From the NCBI GenBank assembly GCA_946965045.2, contig OX337241.1:1674001-1738000 (forward strand): a DNA stretch of 64,000 nt, written 5' to 3'. Under the pieces are notes generated by a model, which was not told the DNA's origin, searched no databases, and saw only the letters and a list, made by a program, of their open reading frames with translations. The stretch comes from Epithemia pelagica (lineage: Eukaryota; Protista; Bacillariophyta). A program made the translations under genes and the position numbers. Of the stretch, positions 11,219 to 21,384 are shown in pieces. Numbering within the stretch: the stretch's first letter is position 1; every line of letters begins with the position of its first letter.

Positions 11219-14200
11219 TTACCATCCTTGATTAAGTTTTCGGCAGCGTTCAAATAGGTCACGTGCTTGACACTTTGTAAAGTAATCAGCTCGTTGTTCT
11301 TCTGTGCTCACCATGCTGACCTTAGTTCCTCCTGGGTGATCGCCAACATGTTCCCAAAAGAAATGAAGGTAGGTGTTGAAATGTTTTGTTCTAGGCGTCA
11401 ACCTTTGCTTCGTTGCAAGATAGAAGGCACCAGAATTATCTTCGAATACCTCTGAGTAGATTGTAGGCTTTTCGAATGGAAGGTCCAGATTAGTCAATAG
11501 CTCCTCTACTACACGTCGGGTAGCTATGACGCTACACATGGCTTGTGAGAGGGCATGGTACTCGGCTTGGAGAGTACTTAGGGCTACTGACGACTGAAGT
11601 TGGGAACGCCAAATTAAAGGGCACCCAGAAAGACTCAGAATATATCCTGTGCGGGATTTGGCGCTTATAGGATTATCTTGTGGTTCTCGTCCGTGTAGAC
11701 CGGCGAAATCGGCATCTACATAACAATCCAACTTAAAGTCTTTGGTAGGGGTGACAATCGTTCCCTTGTCTTTAGTACGCACTAGGTAGCGGACTATAGT
11801 TTTGATTGCTGCTGCGTGAGACTTCTTCGGAGCTGTACTAAATCTTGCTACTTGACTAACTGCAAAGGCTATGTCGGGTCGCGTGTTAGTGGCCAGGTAC
11901 AGTAGCATGCCGACAATGGACCTGTATTGCCATTTTTCTTGCATAGGTTCACCATCTGGATCACTTCCGAGTGCCAGTTGTGTGGCTGGTGTCCAGTTGG
12001 GCTTACAGTCTTGTAGTCCTGTAGCTTCGATTATTTTGTTGATCAGGCCCTTTTGGGTCATTGTAACTGACTTGGTCTTTTCGTCATGTGCAAAATTGAT
12101 GCCTAAGTAATCAGTGAAGTTTCCTTCTTTTTGCAAAGATAGTCCTTTCTCTTTCAGCCGTTCAATAAGGTCGTCTACAAGTTTCATTGTAGGGGCACAT
12201 ACACCACAGTCGTCTACCCAGAGAAAGATAATTATGTCTTTCTTGTACAGTAGACATTTATCATGCTTACTCATTTGGAAACCATCTTCCAATAGGGCCT
12301 TTACTAGGTGATGGTACCAAAGTCTAGGTGCGGATGAGAGTCTGTATAGACTCTTAAGAAGCCTGAGGCACATAGTTCCAGGTGATAATGATCTGAAGCC
12401 TCTTGGAAGGTGAATCCAGACAGGTTCATGGAGTGTTGCTTGCACGAATGCATTGTTGAAATCGATGCAAGCAAGCTCCCATCCTAGAACTAGACTAAGG
12501 ACAAGCACTATTCGAATTGTGCTCCAATTGACAACAGGAGAGTAATTTTCTTCTTCGGTTTCCTGTAGGTCTCCTCGTACACAGTACCTAGCTTTGTATT
12601 TTCGTATCTCTCCATCTGGAGAGCGCTTTCTTTTAAAGACCCATGTTCCAGGTAGGATTCTTGTAGTTGCCTCGGATTTCGGCACTTCTGTCCATGTTCC
12701 TTTCCCTTCTAGTTCCCTAATCTCATTTTCGGCCGCTTCTTTCCACCTATCTATGTCGTTATCTCGCATTGCTTCGTCATAGCTCAATGTGTCCGGGTCG
12801 GAAATCGACGCTTTCATCATTGAAAGCAGATCGTTAGGCTGATGGGACGGAGCTAGAGAGGCTAGGTTAGCATCCTGTACATAGCGTTGCGGTGGACGGA
12901 TAGTTCGTCCGGAGCGTCGGCTGGTTCTGAAAGAACTAGGTGGAGTCGGTTCCGGAGGAGGTTGTTCCCTCTTAGGAGTGACGGATTTTAAGGGGGTCAT
13001 AACAGGGGGTGAAGGAGGATCCTGCTCTGCGATTGGCGTTAAGACGGTGTTCTCCCTCTGAGGAAGGGGCGCTGCAACAGGGGTGTGTGGAACTCCCTCT
13101 GAAGGCAGTGTCGGTTCCGCTACGGGAGCAGAGTGAGAAGAAACAGGAGGCAAAGTGGGAGGAGTGGGTATGGGTAAAGGATCGTCGGGAATATGTCGAT
13201 CCATGGATTGATGGATATGATCCAATCGATTTTCATATTTGGATCGATGAACCTCATCAGTTGCCGTAGGCGATTCCATATTTTCTTCTGTTTCGTCTTC
13301 AGTATATTGATATCGAGATTCTCCGAATAATTGGTCCCATTCAGTACTAGTGAAATCTGGAACATCCTCAACGGAAGTGGCTATTGTAGAAAACCAATCA
13401 TCGAATACCACATGGAATTGCGGTGTGATATATCCTGTAGAAGGGTTTAAAACTAAAGGTACAGTTGTTGCGTGTCGATTACTCAAGCCCATTAGTATAC
13501 ACCGTGTGGAACGTGGCTTCCACCTAGGTAGCTTCTTTCCATCTGACATAGATTTGTCCAGTACGTAGACAGGGCAGCCCCACACGTGTAAGTCGTGGAA
13601 CTTTCGCTGCTCCCATCTAGTGCGAGTGAATAAATCATGTGGGCTTATTCCGGTGGCGGTGTTAGGGACATGGTTACATAAGAAGGTAGCATGGGACACA
13701 GCCATGGGCCACAGTGAGGGATCAGCCATTTCTGGCCAATGTATAGCGGCGTGTAGCATCATGGTGCGCGCTATAGACATAATTGTTTGTATGGCCCGCT
13801 CGGCTATACCGGCGTGATGATGAGCCCCTACTCCAGCAAAGCGGTATGTTTGAGCAAAAGTTTGTAGGGACTCTGTATATTTGGCAGAGGTGAATGCCGA
13901 TCCATTATCGGTGAGATACTGAGAGGGCATAACTCCAACGTCTCTACAAAATAACTCGAAGGAATTTTTAACGTGTAGAGTTTCATGAGTATTTAAGTGG
14001 CTCTGAAAGCCAATCCAGGTGTAACCCGAAGCGTGGTCTACGAATATTGCTCCACCCATATACATATCCTTAGACGTGGATGAACCCCGAGTATTAAATC
14101 TTCTTCCCTTAGTAGAGCATACGAAATGATCGACACTGACACATTGTCCAGGATACAAATTTTCTGCTTTTGTTATCCCCTTGCAATCCTTCACAATGGA

Positions 14201-17200
14201 ACTTGTGGTTCCAGGTGATGGTCTTCGCTTTTGTTTGCCATATTGACAGGCTGCACAAAGAGGTAAGTTCGTGAGAGTGGATGCTTTGATGTGGAGTCGA
14301 CGCTTGTGTTCACTGGTTGCAAGCACTCCGGTTCTCATAACGAATTGAACTTTTCGAAACGACAGGTGGCCGAAGCGATTGTGCCAACGTACCAATTCTT
14401 GTTGCGCTTCGCTTAAATTCATGTTGTGCTGTGATGTTTCTGAAATGATGGAGCTGAGAGCGTGTGCGCTTTTCTTTACTTCTTTGTGGTCGTACCCATA
14501 CGACATGGGCAGGTTGTTGGACGGATTGATGAGAATTGTGATTTGCGTTCGTTTCTTGTCACCGGGCATTCCTGTAAGCACCATTGTCTTTCCATCTTGG
14601 ATGATTTTCTCACCGTCGTATGTTTGGAGTAGACTTTGTGTTGACAGGAGTCTTGCGTTGGTCTTTGGCACAAGAAAGGCAGGGAGTTTGAGCCGTCTGA
14701 GCTTCCCTTCAGTGTCGAGCACAGACCACAAGACGAAACCTCGGCCCGTTGCCTTCATCCTGTTGGCGATCCCTTTTACATTGAAGTTTGGCAAGGGCTG
14801 GATTGTTCCGATGAAGTCTTGAGTCTGGTTTGTGATCGAGATGCTGGCTCCGCTATCCCAGATAATTGGATAGGATGCATTGTGTGGCATGGCGCTTCGT
14901 AAAGCGAGAGGATTCTGAAGGCAAGCTTGGAGTCCAGCTTGTGTAATTTGTTCCCATTGGTGGTGTGGTGTGCTCCCCAAGGTCCCGAAGACATCGCAGA
15001 GTGTGGGTCCCTCAAGGCACGCTGCAAGAGCGAACATTTCTCGTTCCCTTGCAGATCGTGTGTTCCTGAAGATGTCGACAGGATTTGTCGACGGGCGGTT
15101 ATTAGAGTTCCTATTCCGATGATGGTTCATCGGGTTCGATGGATGGTTGGCGCGATGGGGGTTCTGATAGCGGTCCATGGGTGTGGTACAGTATACTTCT
15201 TGTGGGTTGCGTCGTTTCTTGGAATGGATTCGTTGTTGACGAAGGCGTTGTTGCAAGGGTTGACGGTTAACCCGTGTCAGTCGAGTCCGCATTCGTGCTC
15301 GCTTGGTGACTGGAGCAGGGTGAATTGGTCGGAAAACGGATTTGCGTTTGGGACCGGCTCGTCGAGGGGACAAAGGTTGGTGTTCTCCCTCTTTCGAGCG
15401 ATTTGCCCTGCCAGAAAGCAACAATTTACCAACAGACACAACAATCAAACGAAGGCAGTCGAAGAGAACACGGCCATTAAGGATGGATCCAACAATGTTG
15501 CACCAGAAGGTGTGGAAGAGAAGCGTGTTCCCAAACAAAGGGGTTTGAGCTTGGCGACGTGGGTGGAGATTGACTCGGAAATGGTTGACAGTGGGTGGGC
15601 GCTGTGGCTGGGGTGAGAAGAAAGAACGGATAGGGGCAGTGTGTGCCACGCTAGGTGATTCCCAGGGTGCAACCATGAAGGCAGCCAACCAACAGCACAA
15701 CCAGGTGAAGAAAGCAGGTTGGCACGATGGGTGAATAAGAACACTCCAAACAAGGGCAGACCCGCCGTAGGTCAAATCTCGGATTCCCAAGTACAGATGG
15801 GTCATTCCCGACCAAATAGACTTAAAACCTGAAATAGTTGCATTGTTTGCATGTTCCAGAGGGTGTGGAACAGGTAGGATCCAAAGGATACTGGATAGGA
15901 CCACAAGAAGGGTCGTGAAGCTAGCCGCAAACATGTGCCAAGGGAAAGCAGGAATTGTGGTGGTCTCACCCTGCGTTTGTCCCGACCCGACAGGCGCAGT
16001 GTGGTTGCTTGCACGTGTAGGACCACGCGTATCTCCGGGCGTGGTGTCCGAGAAAGTACTATAAGGTGCATAGTTCATTTCGAACTGATCGAAATCCGGA
16101 AAGTCTTTGCTAGGGTCACGAGGCGTCTGTGATTGTGATGGATAGACTGTACTGCTAGATCCATCAGAACGGACACGATCAGGGCAGACCGGCGTCAGGA
16201 TGTCAGGAGCAAGGTCGCCGGCCGCTAAGTTCCAAGCAAATTCGTGAATGAGAGTCAAAGGCAGACTCCGATTGGAATAGGGTGATCCTTCAACCTGTTC
16301 ACGTTCATGAGTGTAAGTCCATAGTGCTTTAACAAGCTCGCCTTGGTTGTGTAGCTTGATTTCCAGCTCTCCACGTGTGGCTGGATCAGACTCACGGTTG
16401 AATGCAAGACGTGTTGTCACTAATTCCTCAGTCGCGTTGGTTATGAGGACGTCCATCTTGTCTGGATCTTGGTCAAACTCGTGCTTCGCCAGTACATTAT
16501 GGATCACAGTAATACTGTGGGGGACACACGTGAGGTATTGGATGATACTGTCACAGAGTGAGACGAAAGGGGACTCGTTGTTCTCGTCGATCTCATCTTC
16601 ACTTTCCAAATTTTCGTTTGCATCAGTCATCTCTTTGTCGTCGGAGCTCGAGTTCAAGTCAGCAATCTCAATGAGTGCCATCTTGGCATAGTATTGCGCA
16701 AAGGGATTGATGCGTGGGTAAGTGATATCTGTTTCGTTTGTTGTGTGAGAAGCGTCAGTGGGAACGTATTGTTCTCCAAGATTGCTTGTGTCGACGAACG
16801 ACGTCGAGGAGAAAGATTGTTCTCCATCCGCTGTGTCAGCCATGTCTTCTGCTTGCTGTTCCAAAGTCTCACATGCCTTGCTTCTTGAACTGAGATTTAC
16901 AGAGGGCGGATCTGAGATATTGACTGGTGACGGCGTGGTGTTGCTTTGATTGAGAAGGGCAACAAATTGTGCATGGTATCCTCGTTCAATTGGTCGATGT
17001 TCCATGATGCGAGCCCGACGAAGGCAAGGTGGCGGATCGGATTGAATCTCGAGTCCAGGCCAGACAGGAGCTGGATTTGGGTGGTGTGGGATCCTCGTAC
17101 CATCCAAATACCATCCAAGGTACCATTCTTCGTTCTTTACTCTTTGGTAAGCCTGTGCGATGGTAAGTTCCGGCTCTTGGTGTTGCAGAGCGTAAACGGT

Positions 17201-19861
17201 GTACTGCGCTCTCTCATAACGCATTCCATCTCGTCTTGCTTTTGCTGCTTCTTCCTCTATGGAGATCCGTGGATCTGTTGCAGGAGGACGCAGTCCTGGT
17301 TGAAAGCTTCTTGCCCATTCTTCCAAAGTTCTCACAGAGGGACGAGGTTGGAGATTGAGTCGAGGAGGTGAAGTGTGGTCCATCTGGATAGGTGAGATAT
17401 CTGGTTGCATTGCTGCAGGTTTCCTATCCTCTTGTTCCTCATCACTTGCAATCTCTCCTTTCTGCAAGTTCTTGAGAGGGGTCATTGAGATATTGTCATC
17501 GCTCAAAACCGAGCTGTCCTGTGTTGTATCGAGGATCGAGCTCATTGTTGTGTTGTGGGAACGCATATGTGTGTCGTCACTGCCAAGGTTGAGTTGAGAG
17601 CTGTCAAAGCTCGCTTCGTGTGCAGCTGTGTTTGCTTCAACAGTTTGGATGGCCATGCTTAGATCCGTGTCCATATTTTGGTTCTTGTTTGATGTGTCAT
17701 ACCAGGAGTTGATGTCCTCCCATTCGTCGAAATACAATGTATTTGCTTCTGCTTCTGTCTCACTATCACACCTCTTTTCACAGCAATGACGACGTACAAG
17801 AGGTGGTGGAGAAGAGAAGGACTCATCGGATGCAACAATTGACTCTCCAGACCCAACAATCAACCCCAGAGGAGTTCCTCCCTCTGTTTTCCGTTCTTCG
17901 GTGATGTGGTCCACACAACAATTTGTTTCTTCTTGGTTCTGTGGAGGATCCTTATTTGAATGGGAGGACCATTCCAGAGAGGACGTGTCTGCCGAGTGGT
18001 GATCAAAATTGGGATTGTTGACTGGGTGCTGAATCATGTTGGAAGAATTGGAGGTTCCGTGTACTTCCATGAAGTCGCATTGCATGACAAAGGCGCACAA
18101 GTCGAAGTCCTGTGTATTGGTATATCCTTTGTCGTCTTCTTCAAGAGACATGCAATCTGGAAGATCTTTCCAGTCGTTGGTGTTGCAGTCTTGGTCATTA
18201 CAAAGTACACAACAATCAAACTCCGTTTTCCAAGCGGACACGTCAAATTCGAGCTTGTGGGCTCGGGATTCCTTGGTGCCGTGCTTGTTTTTCTTGTATC
18301 CAACAATATGCTTGGCGGTCCCATGGGTGTCATTCCATCGTTTACAGATGGCGCACCAATAGTACATAACCCCGTCTACGATCATGGATTCAGGTTCATG
18401 AGAGGCCGGAGGCACAAGCCTCCACGGATGCGCCTTTGAACGGTCAACTCGAGTCATATTCTTTTTGTGTTGGGGTTTCTTCTTTCCCCCCTTGTCGCGG
18501 TGACCGGTCGAAGGATTGCGTGGTCCAGTGGATGGAGAAGGGGTGGGATTATGGCCAGGAGGGTGTTTCAGCGAATTGATGAGGGCATTCAAGTTTGCCT
18601 GGGTCATTGCACCCTTATGACCACCACTGCGATTCTGTCGAGGGGACGGAGTAGTTTTCGCGATTGCTTTGTTTGCTCCAAATGAGGTAGGTGGCGCTTT
18701 GGAGTCAGTGGCATGCTGCTTGGGGCGCCACTCGCCATCCTTGACACTAACCAAATATTTTGTGTTTGCTGTTTCAATGATATCGGTATACCACAGCTTT
18801 TCTTTTCGCATTTTCAGATCAGCAGTGGTGCGATCCTGGAAGCGAACTTCAATGATGGTGTCATTTAGACTCTTCGCCAAGTACATGAGCTCAAACTTGG
18901 GAGTGTCTGGCCACTCGGCACGTAGTATATTGGTCATCAAGCTAGCGGTCAGGGTGTGGTCGTACAACCCAGTGGCGATCAACGGTCGCGCCTTCTGCGA
19001 GAAGTCTTTGGTGAGTGCCATTATGTCTTGGCCCGGATATTTTTGAGGGAGTAATCCTCTCATATCTTTCTTCACCTGTTCCCAGTGTTGCGGTGAGTCA
19101 TGTGTCACTATTTTCACAAGCACCATGAAAAGCTCGGGGAACGATTTGACGTCCCGTGCTTGATCCTGCACTTCCCTTTTGAATCCCTTTTCAAGACAGT
19201 CGAACAGGAAATCTCGTGCGCTCACATCATTGTTGCGATCATACTTATCGTAATGAGTCATCTGCACGTCCATCAACTCCTTGACCTTGCTGGGAGTGTA
19301 TTTGGGATGTTCAGTCACAATGAAGAGCATTTCGGTGGGATCAAGGGGATTACGTAAGTACGCGATCGAGTCCATGCCATGCATGACAAGGTGTTGCTCA
19401 ATATCGTCCTTCAATCGACTTAAGTCTCCTTTCTTTTTGTCAAACTTGTCTTCAGGTCCTGTCACTCGGTCCTTGAACCGCTTGTCGTTGAAGGTACGTA
19501 CTTGAAGTGCACGCAAGTATTCTTGTCTTGCGGTTGGGTCTAACCCTTTCCAATCTGCTTTGGGTTTCCCGCCAGTCCAAATGACAAACTCATCTCGTTT
19601 GCTCTGGAAGATGCCGCCGATCTTAGGCTTAGTCGGCTTAAACACAGTGGGTGGAGCGTCCTCCTCCTCGGTCATGCTTGTTTGTCTTGACTCACCAATC
19701 AACCCGTCGGAGTTTTGCAATCTACCGGTTTGTTGGTCGTTGTTGGTGTCCTCCTCGTTGTTTTCAGTCCGCGCCTCTGGAACTCCTGTATCAGTGACAG
19801 TGGTTTCTTGCTGGGGTTGTTCGTCGGAATCAAGAGAGGATAGTAAGTCGAAACTTCCCAC
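11219..19861 (-). CDS. Copia gag-PR-IN-RT-RH polyprotein (2880 aa) with a very long gag-PR spacer
   Basis: Zn knuckle WCAICKRWNDTH; PR IWDSGAS; WHNRFGH..CAACQYGK; IN VSVDHF / TDNG / GIAER; RT KARYCVRGD, IDFNNAF, LWVDD; RH YVDADFAG, FEDN, QRADYFTK. The RT YGL motif reads YRL (12341-12343). The track start is GTG, and an upstream in-frame TAG sits at 19925-19927. Confidence 0.95.
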   Translation of the reverse strand: MGSFDLLSSLDSDEQPQQETTVTDTGVPEARTENNEEDTNNDQQTGRLQNSDGLIGESRQTSMTEEEDAPPTVFKPTKPKIGGIFQSKRDEFVIWTGGKPKADWKGLDPTARQEYLRALQVRTFNDKRFKDRVTGPEDKFDKKKGDLSRLKDDIEQHLVMHGMDSIAYLRNPLDPTEMLFIVTEHPKYTPSKVKELMDVQMTHYDKYDRNNDVSARDFLFDCLEKGFKREVQDQARDVKSFPELFMVLVKIVTHDSPQHWEQVKKDMRGLLPQKYPGQDIMALTKDFSQKARPLIATGLYDHTLTASLMTNILRAEWPDTPKFELMYLAKSLNDTIIEVRFQDRTTADLKMRKEKLWYTDIIETANTKYLVSVKDGEWRPKQHATDSKAPPTSFGANKAIAKTTPSPRQNRSGGHKGAMTQANLNALINSLKHPPGHNPTPSPSTGPRNPSTGHRDKGGKKKPQHKKNMTRVDRSKAHPWRLVPPASHEPESMIVDGVMYYWCAICKRWNDTHGTAKHIVGYKKNKHGTKESRAHKLEFDVSAWKTEFDCCVLCNDQDCNTNDWKDLPDCMSLEEDDKGYTNTQDFDLCAFVMQCDFMEVHGTSNSSNMIQHPVNNPNFDHHSADTSSLEWSSHSNKDPPQNQEETNCCVDHITEERKTEGGTPLGLIVGSGESIVASDESFSSPPPLVRRHCCEKRCDSETEAEANTLYFDEWEDINSWYDTSNKNQNMDTDLSMAIQTVEANTAAHEASFDSSQLNLGSDDTHMRSHNTTMSSILDTTQDSSVLSDDNISMTPLKNLQKGEIASDEEQEDRKPAAMQPDISPIQMDHTSPPRLNLQPRPSVRTLEEWARSFQPGLRPPATDPRISIEEEAAKARRDGMRYERAQYTVYALQHQEPELTIAQAYQRVKNEEWYLGWYLDGTRIPHHPNPAPVWPGLEIQSDPPPCLRRARIMEHRPIERGYHAQFVALLNQSNTTPSPVNISDPPSVNLSSRSKACETLEQQAEDMADTADGEQSFSSTSFVDTSNLGEQYVPTDASHTTNETDITYPRINPFAQYYAKMALIEIADLNSSSDDKEMTDANENLESEDEIDENNESPFVSLCDSIIQYLTCVPHSITVIHNVLAKHEFDQDPDKMDVLITNATEELVTTRLAFNRESDPATRGELEIKLHNQGELVKALWTYTHEREQVEGSPYSNRSLPLTLIHEFAWNLAAGDLAPDILTPVCPDRVRSDGSSSTVYPSQSQTPRDPSKDFPDFDQFEMNYAPYSTFSDTTPGDTRGPTRASNHTAPVGSGQTQGETTTIPAFPWHMFAASFTTLLVVLSSILWILPVPHPLEHANNATISGFKSIWSGMTHLYLGIRDLTYGGSALVWSVLIHPSCQPAFFTWLCCWLAAFMVAPWESPSVAHTAPIRSFFSPQPQRPPTVNHFRVNLHPRRQAQTPLFGNTLLFHTFWCNIVGSILNGRVLFDCLRLIVVSVGKLLLSGRANRSKEGEHQPLSPRRAGPKRKSVFRPIHPAPVTKRARMRTRLTRVNRQPLQQRLRQQRIHSKKRRNPQEVYCTTPMDRYQNPHRANHPSNPMNHHRNRNSNNRPSTNPVDIFRNTRSAREREMFALAACLEGPTLCDVFGTLGSTPHHQWEQITQAGLQACLQNPLALRSAMPHNASYPIIWDSGASISITNQTQDFIGTIQPLPNFNVKGIANRMKATGRGFVLWSVLDTEGKLRRLKLPAFLVPKTNARLLSTQSLLQTYDGEKIIQDGKTMVLTGMPGDKKRTQITILINPSNNLPMSYGYDHKEVKKSAHALSSIISETSQHNMNLSEAQQELVRWHNRFGHLSFRKVQFVMRTGVLATSEHKRRLHIKASTLTNLPLCAACQYGKQKRRPSPGTTSSIVKDCKGITKAENLYPGQCVSVDHFVCSTKGRRFNTRGSSTSKDMYMGGAIFVDHASGYTWIGFQSHLNTHETLHVKNSFELFCRDVGVMPSQYLTDNGSAFTSAKYTESLQTFAQTYRFAGVGAHHHAGIAERAIQTIMSIARTMMLHAAIHWPEMADPSLWPMAVSHATFLCNHVPNTATGISPHDLFTRTRWEQRKFHDLHVWGCPVYVLDKSMSDGKKLPRWKPRSTRCILMGLSNRHATTVPLVLNPSTGYITPQFHVVFDDWFSTIATSVEDVPDFTSTEWDQLFGESRYQYTEDETEENMESPTATDEVHRSKYENRLDHIHQSMDRHIPDDPLPIPTPPTLPPVSSHSAPVAEPTLPSEGVPHTPVAAPLPQRENTVLTPIAEQDPPSPPVMTPLKSVTPKREQPPPEPTPPSSFRTSRRSGRTIRPPQRYVQDANLASLAPSHQPNDLLSMMKASISDPDTLSYDEAMRDNDIDRWKEAAENEIRELEGKGTWTEVPKSEATTRILPGTWVFKRKRSPDGEIRKYKARYCVRGDLQETEEENYSPVVNWSTIRIVLVLSLVLGWELACIDFNNAFVQATLHEPVWIHLPRGFRSLSPGTMCLRLLKSLYRLSSAPRLWYHHLVKALLEDGFQMSKHDKCLLYKKDIIIFLWVDDCGVCAPTMKLVDDLIERLKEKGLSLQKEGNFTDYLGINFAHDEKTKSVTMTQKGLINKIIEATGLQDCKPNWTPATQLALGSDPDGEPMQEKWQYRSIVGMLLYLATNTRPDIAFAVSQVARFSTAPKKSHAAAIKTIVRYLVRTKDKGTIVTPTKDFKLDCYVDADFAGLHGREPQDNPISAKSRTGYILSLSGCPLIWRSQLQSSVALSTLQAEYHALSQAMCSVIATRRVVEELLTNLDLPFEKPTIYSEVFEDNSGAFYLATKQRLTPRTKHFNTYLHFFWEHVGDHPGGTKVSMVSTEEQRADYFTKCQARDLFERCRKLNQGW

Positions 19862-20056
19862 TCCACTGGAGGAGGTTGGGGAGTCTTGGTCGTCAGCCGT
19901 ATTGGAGCTGGAGTCAGGGAGAAGCTAGATAGCTTCAGCGCGCAAAGCGGTCGGGTAGACGCAATAATCCACCTGAGCTAGTAGAAGGGACAAGCTCGAT
20001 GTCTCGTCCTTGGGATCGATCAACAGATAAAAGCGTAGGGTTCGTCAGCCTCTGTT

Positions 20057-20070
20057 TGGGCTCGATAACC
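20057..20070 (-). other. Primer binding site, half-tRNA(iMet)-like
   Basis: GGTTATCGAGCCCA directly after the 5' LTR. It resembles the complement of the tRNA-Met anticodon arm (GGTTATGAGCCCA) with one extra C. Confidence 0.6.
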
Positions 20071-20786
20071 AGTTAAAGGTGGGTAAAAAGCTAACTCTAG
20101 ACGATAGGGTTAGATACAGTAGTTTCTCTAGGTCAACCTATATGCACAATAGACGATGGGGCCCTCACCTTCTATCAGCGTAATAGGTCGACTTCTCCGT
20201 TACAAAACAAGTTTGGTTATCAAACTGGATGTTTATAAAGAAGTGAGATTAAACTAAAGATTGTGTTTCTCATCTTGAGATGGTTTGGCTCCTCTCGGAT
20301 CGTTCGGCCATCATCCCCCAAAATCTAGTCGTACATGATGAACGTATTCCTTACTTCAGTGGACAAGTACTATGGAGCTACGATTAGGGACTAATAGAAC
20401 TTGTTCTACTCCATAGAGGAATGTGTTCCATCTTGGGTTGGATCTCCTGTTGATGAAGATCAAGTTCTATTCTCAAGGATCACGTTCTTTTCTCGATCCT
20501 CGATTTATGTAGCCCTTACTTCCGAGTGTAGCTCGTCCAGCGTACATCTCTTCCGAATAGTAGAGGGCAAAGGTATTCTTATTCACAAATTCCTGTTGCG
20601 GGTCCATCTGTCTGTTCAACGGCCTACTTCTATTTAAGTACACGTAATGAATCTTAGATACACGTCAAGGTTTTGTGTCACAGACAGCGGTTTGTAACAG
20701 ATGTCTCAAACCTGAACGATAAGCTAGGTGTGCTAGCTGGACTAGTTGATCGGATACAGACGTTGTAGAATAGCTATGTCTTAACT
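20071..20786 (-). repeat. 5' LTR (termini AGTT...AACT)
   Basis: Direct repeat of 10430-11145. Confidence 0.95.
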
Positions 20787-21180
20787 GAGAGAGTTGCTGC
20801 GTGACGAGAATCGGTGGTGTTGGCAGGAAGGAGAGAGAACCACAACTCCACGTGTCTTGTTGTTGTTGGTGTTGGTGTTGCTTTCCCAAACAAGCCCTGT
20901 GGACAAGACAAACCTCCACTCTTGGAGTGTGACTTGACGTCGTCTTTCACCAGTGTCACAGGATGTGGTGGAACCGTCGAGAGGAAAGCAGTAGTAACGG
21001 ATATAAGCAACAACCACAACAACAACAACAATACCTATGCACTACTTCGTCTACTGTTATGTTGGAGGCAGTTGTATGAGATGAGTAAAGGGGGTACGCG
21101 GAACCTCGAAACTCGAAATTAATCTTATATCAGCAATATCCTACTAGTAATAAAAAAACTCATCGCGTGTGACCGTGCAG

Positions 21181-21230
21181 ACTGAACCAGGGACTGAACT
21201 TTTTGAACTGGGGACTGAACTTCATGAACC
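21181..21230 (+). repeat. Phased TGAAC array upstream of the tyrosine recombinase
   Basis: TGAAC at 21183, 21195, 21204, 21216 and 21225 (12/9/12/9 spacing, 21-bp period). Two more ACTGAACC copies lie at 24339 and 24348, downstream of the ORF. Confidence 0.7.
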
Positions 21231-21384
21231 GGTTTATGCGACTGTAGTGCTGCACGCCTACTCTATGGTCTAGTCTTAGAAAACAGTCTAGTTGCTCACA
21301 TTTTGATGGCCCCACCATGCCATTATGAACGGAAACCAATGATGAGTGGATGTCGCAAGAATCATGTAAAATAAAAACTCATAG

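Larger units (their letters stand above)
10430..20786 (-). mobile_element. Full-length Ty1/Copia (CoDi-like) LTR retrotransposon, recent insertion
   Basis: Two 716-bp LTRs (3 mismatches found by eye), 5-bp TSD GAGAG (10425-10429 / 20787-20791), PBS, PPT and a single gag-pol ORF. Confidence 0.95.
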
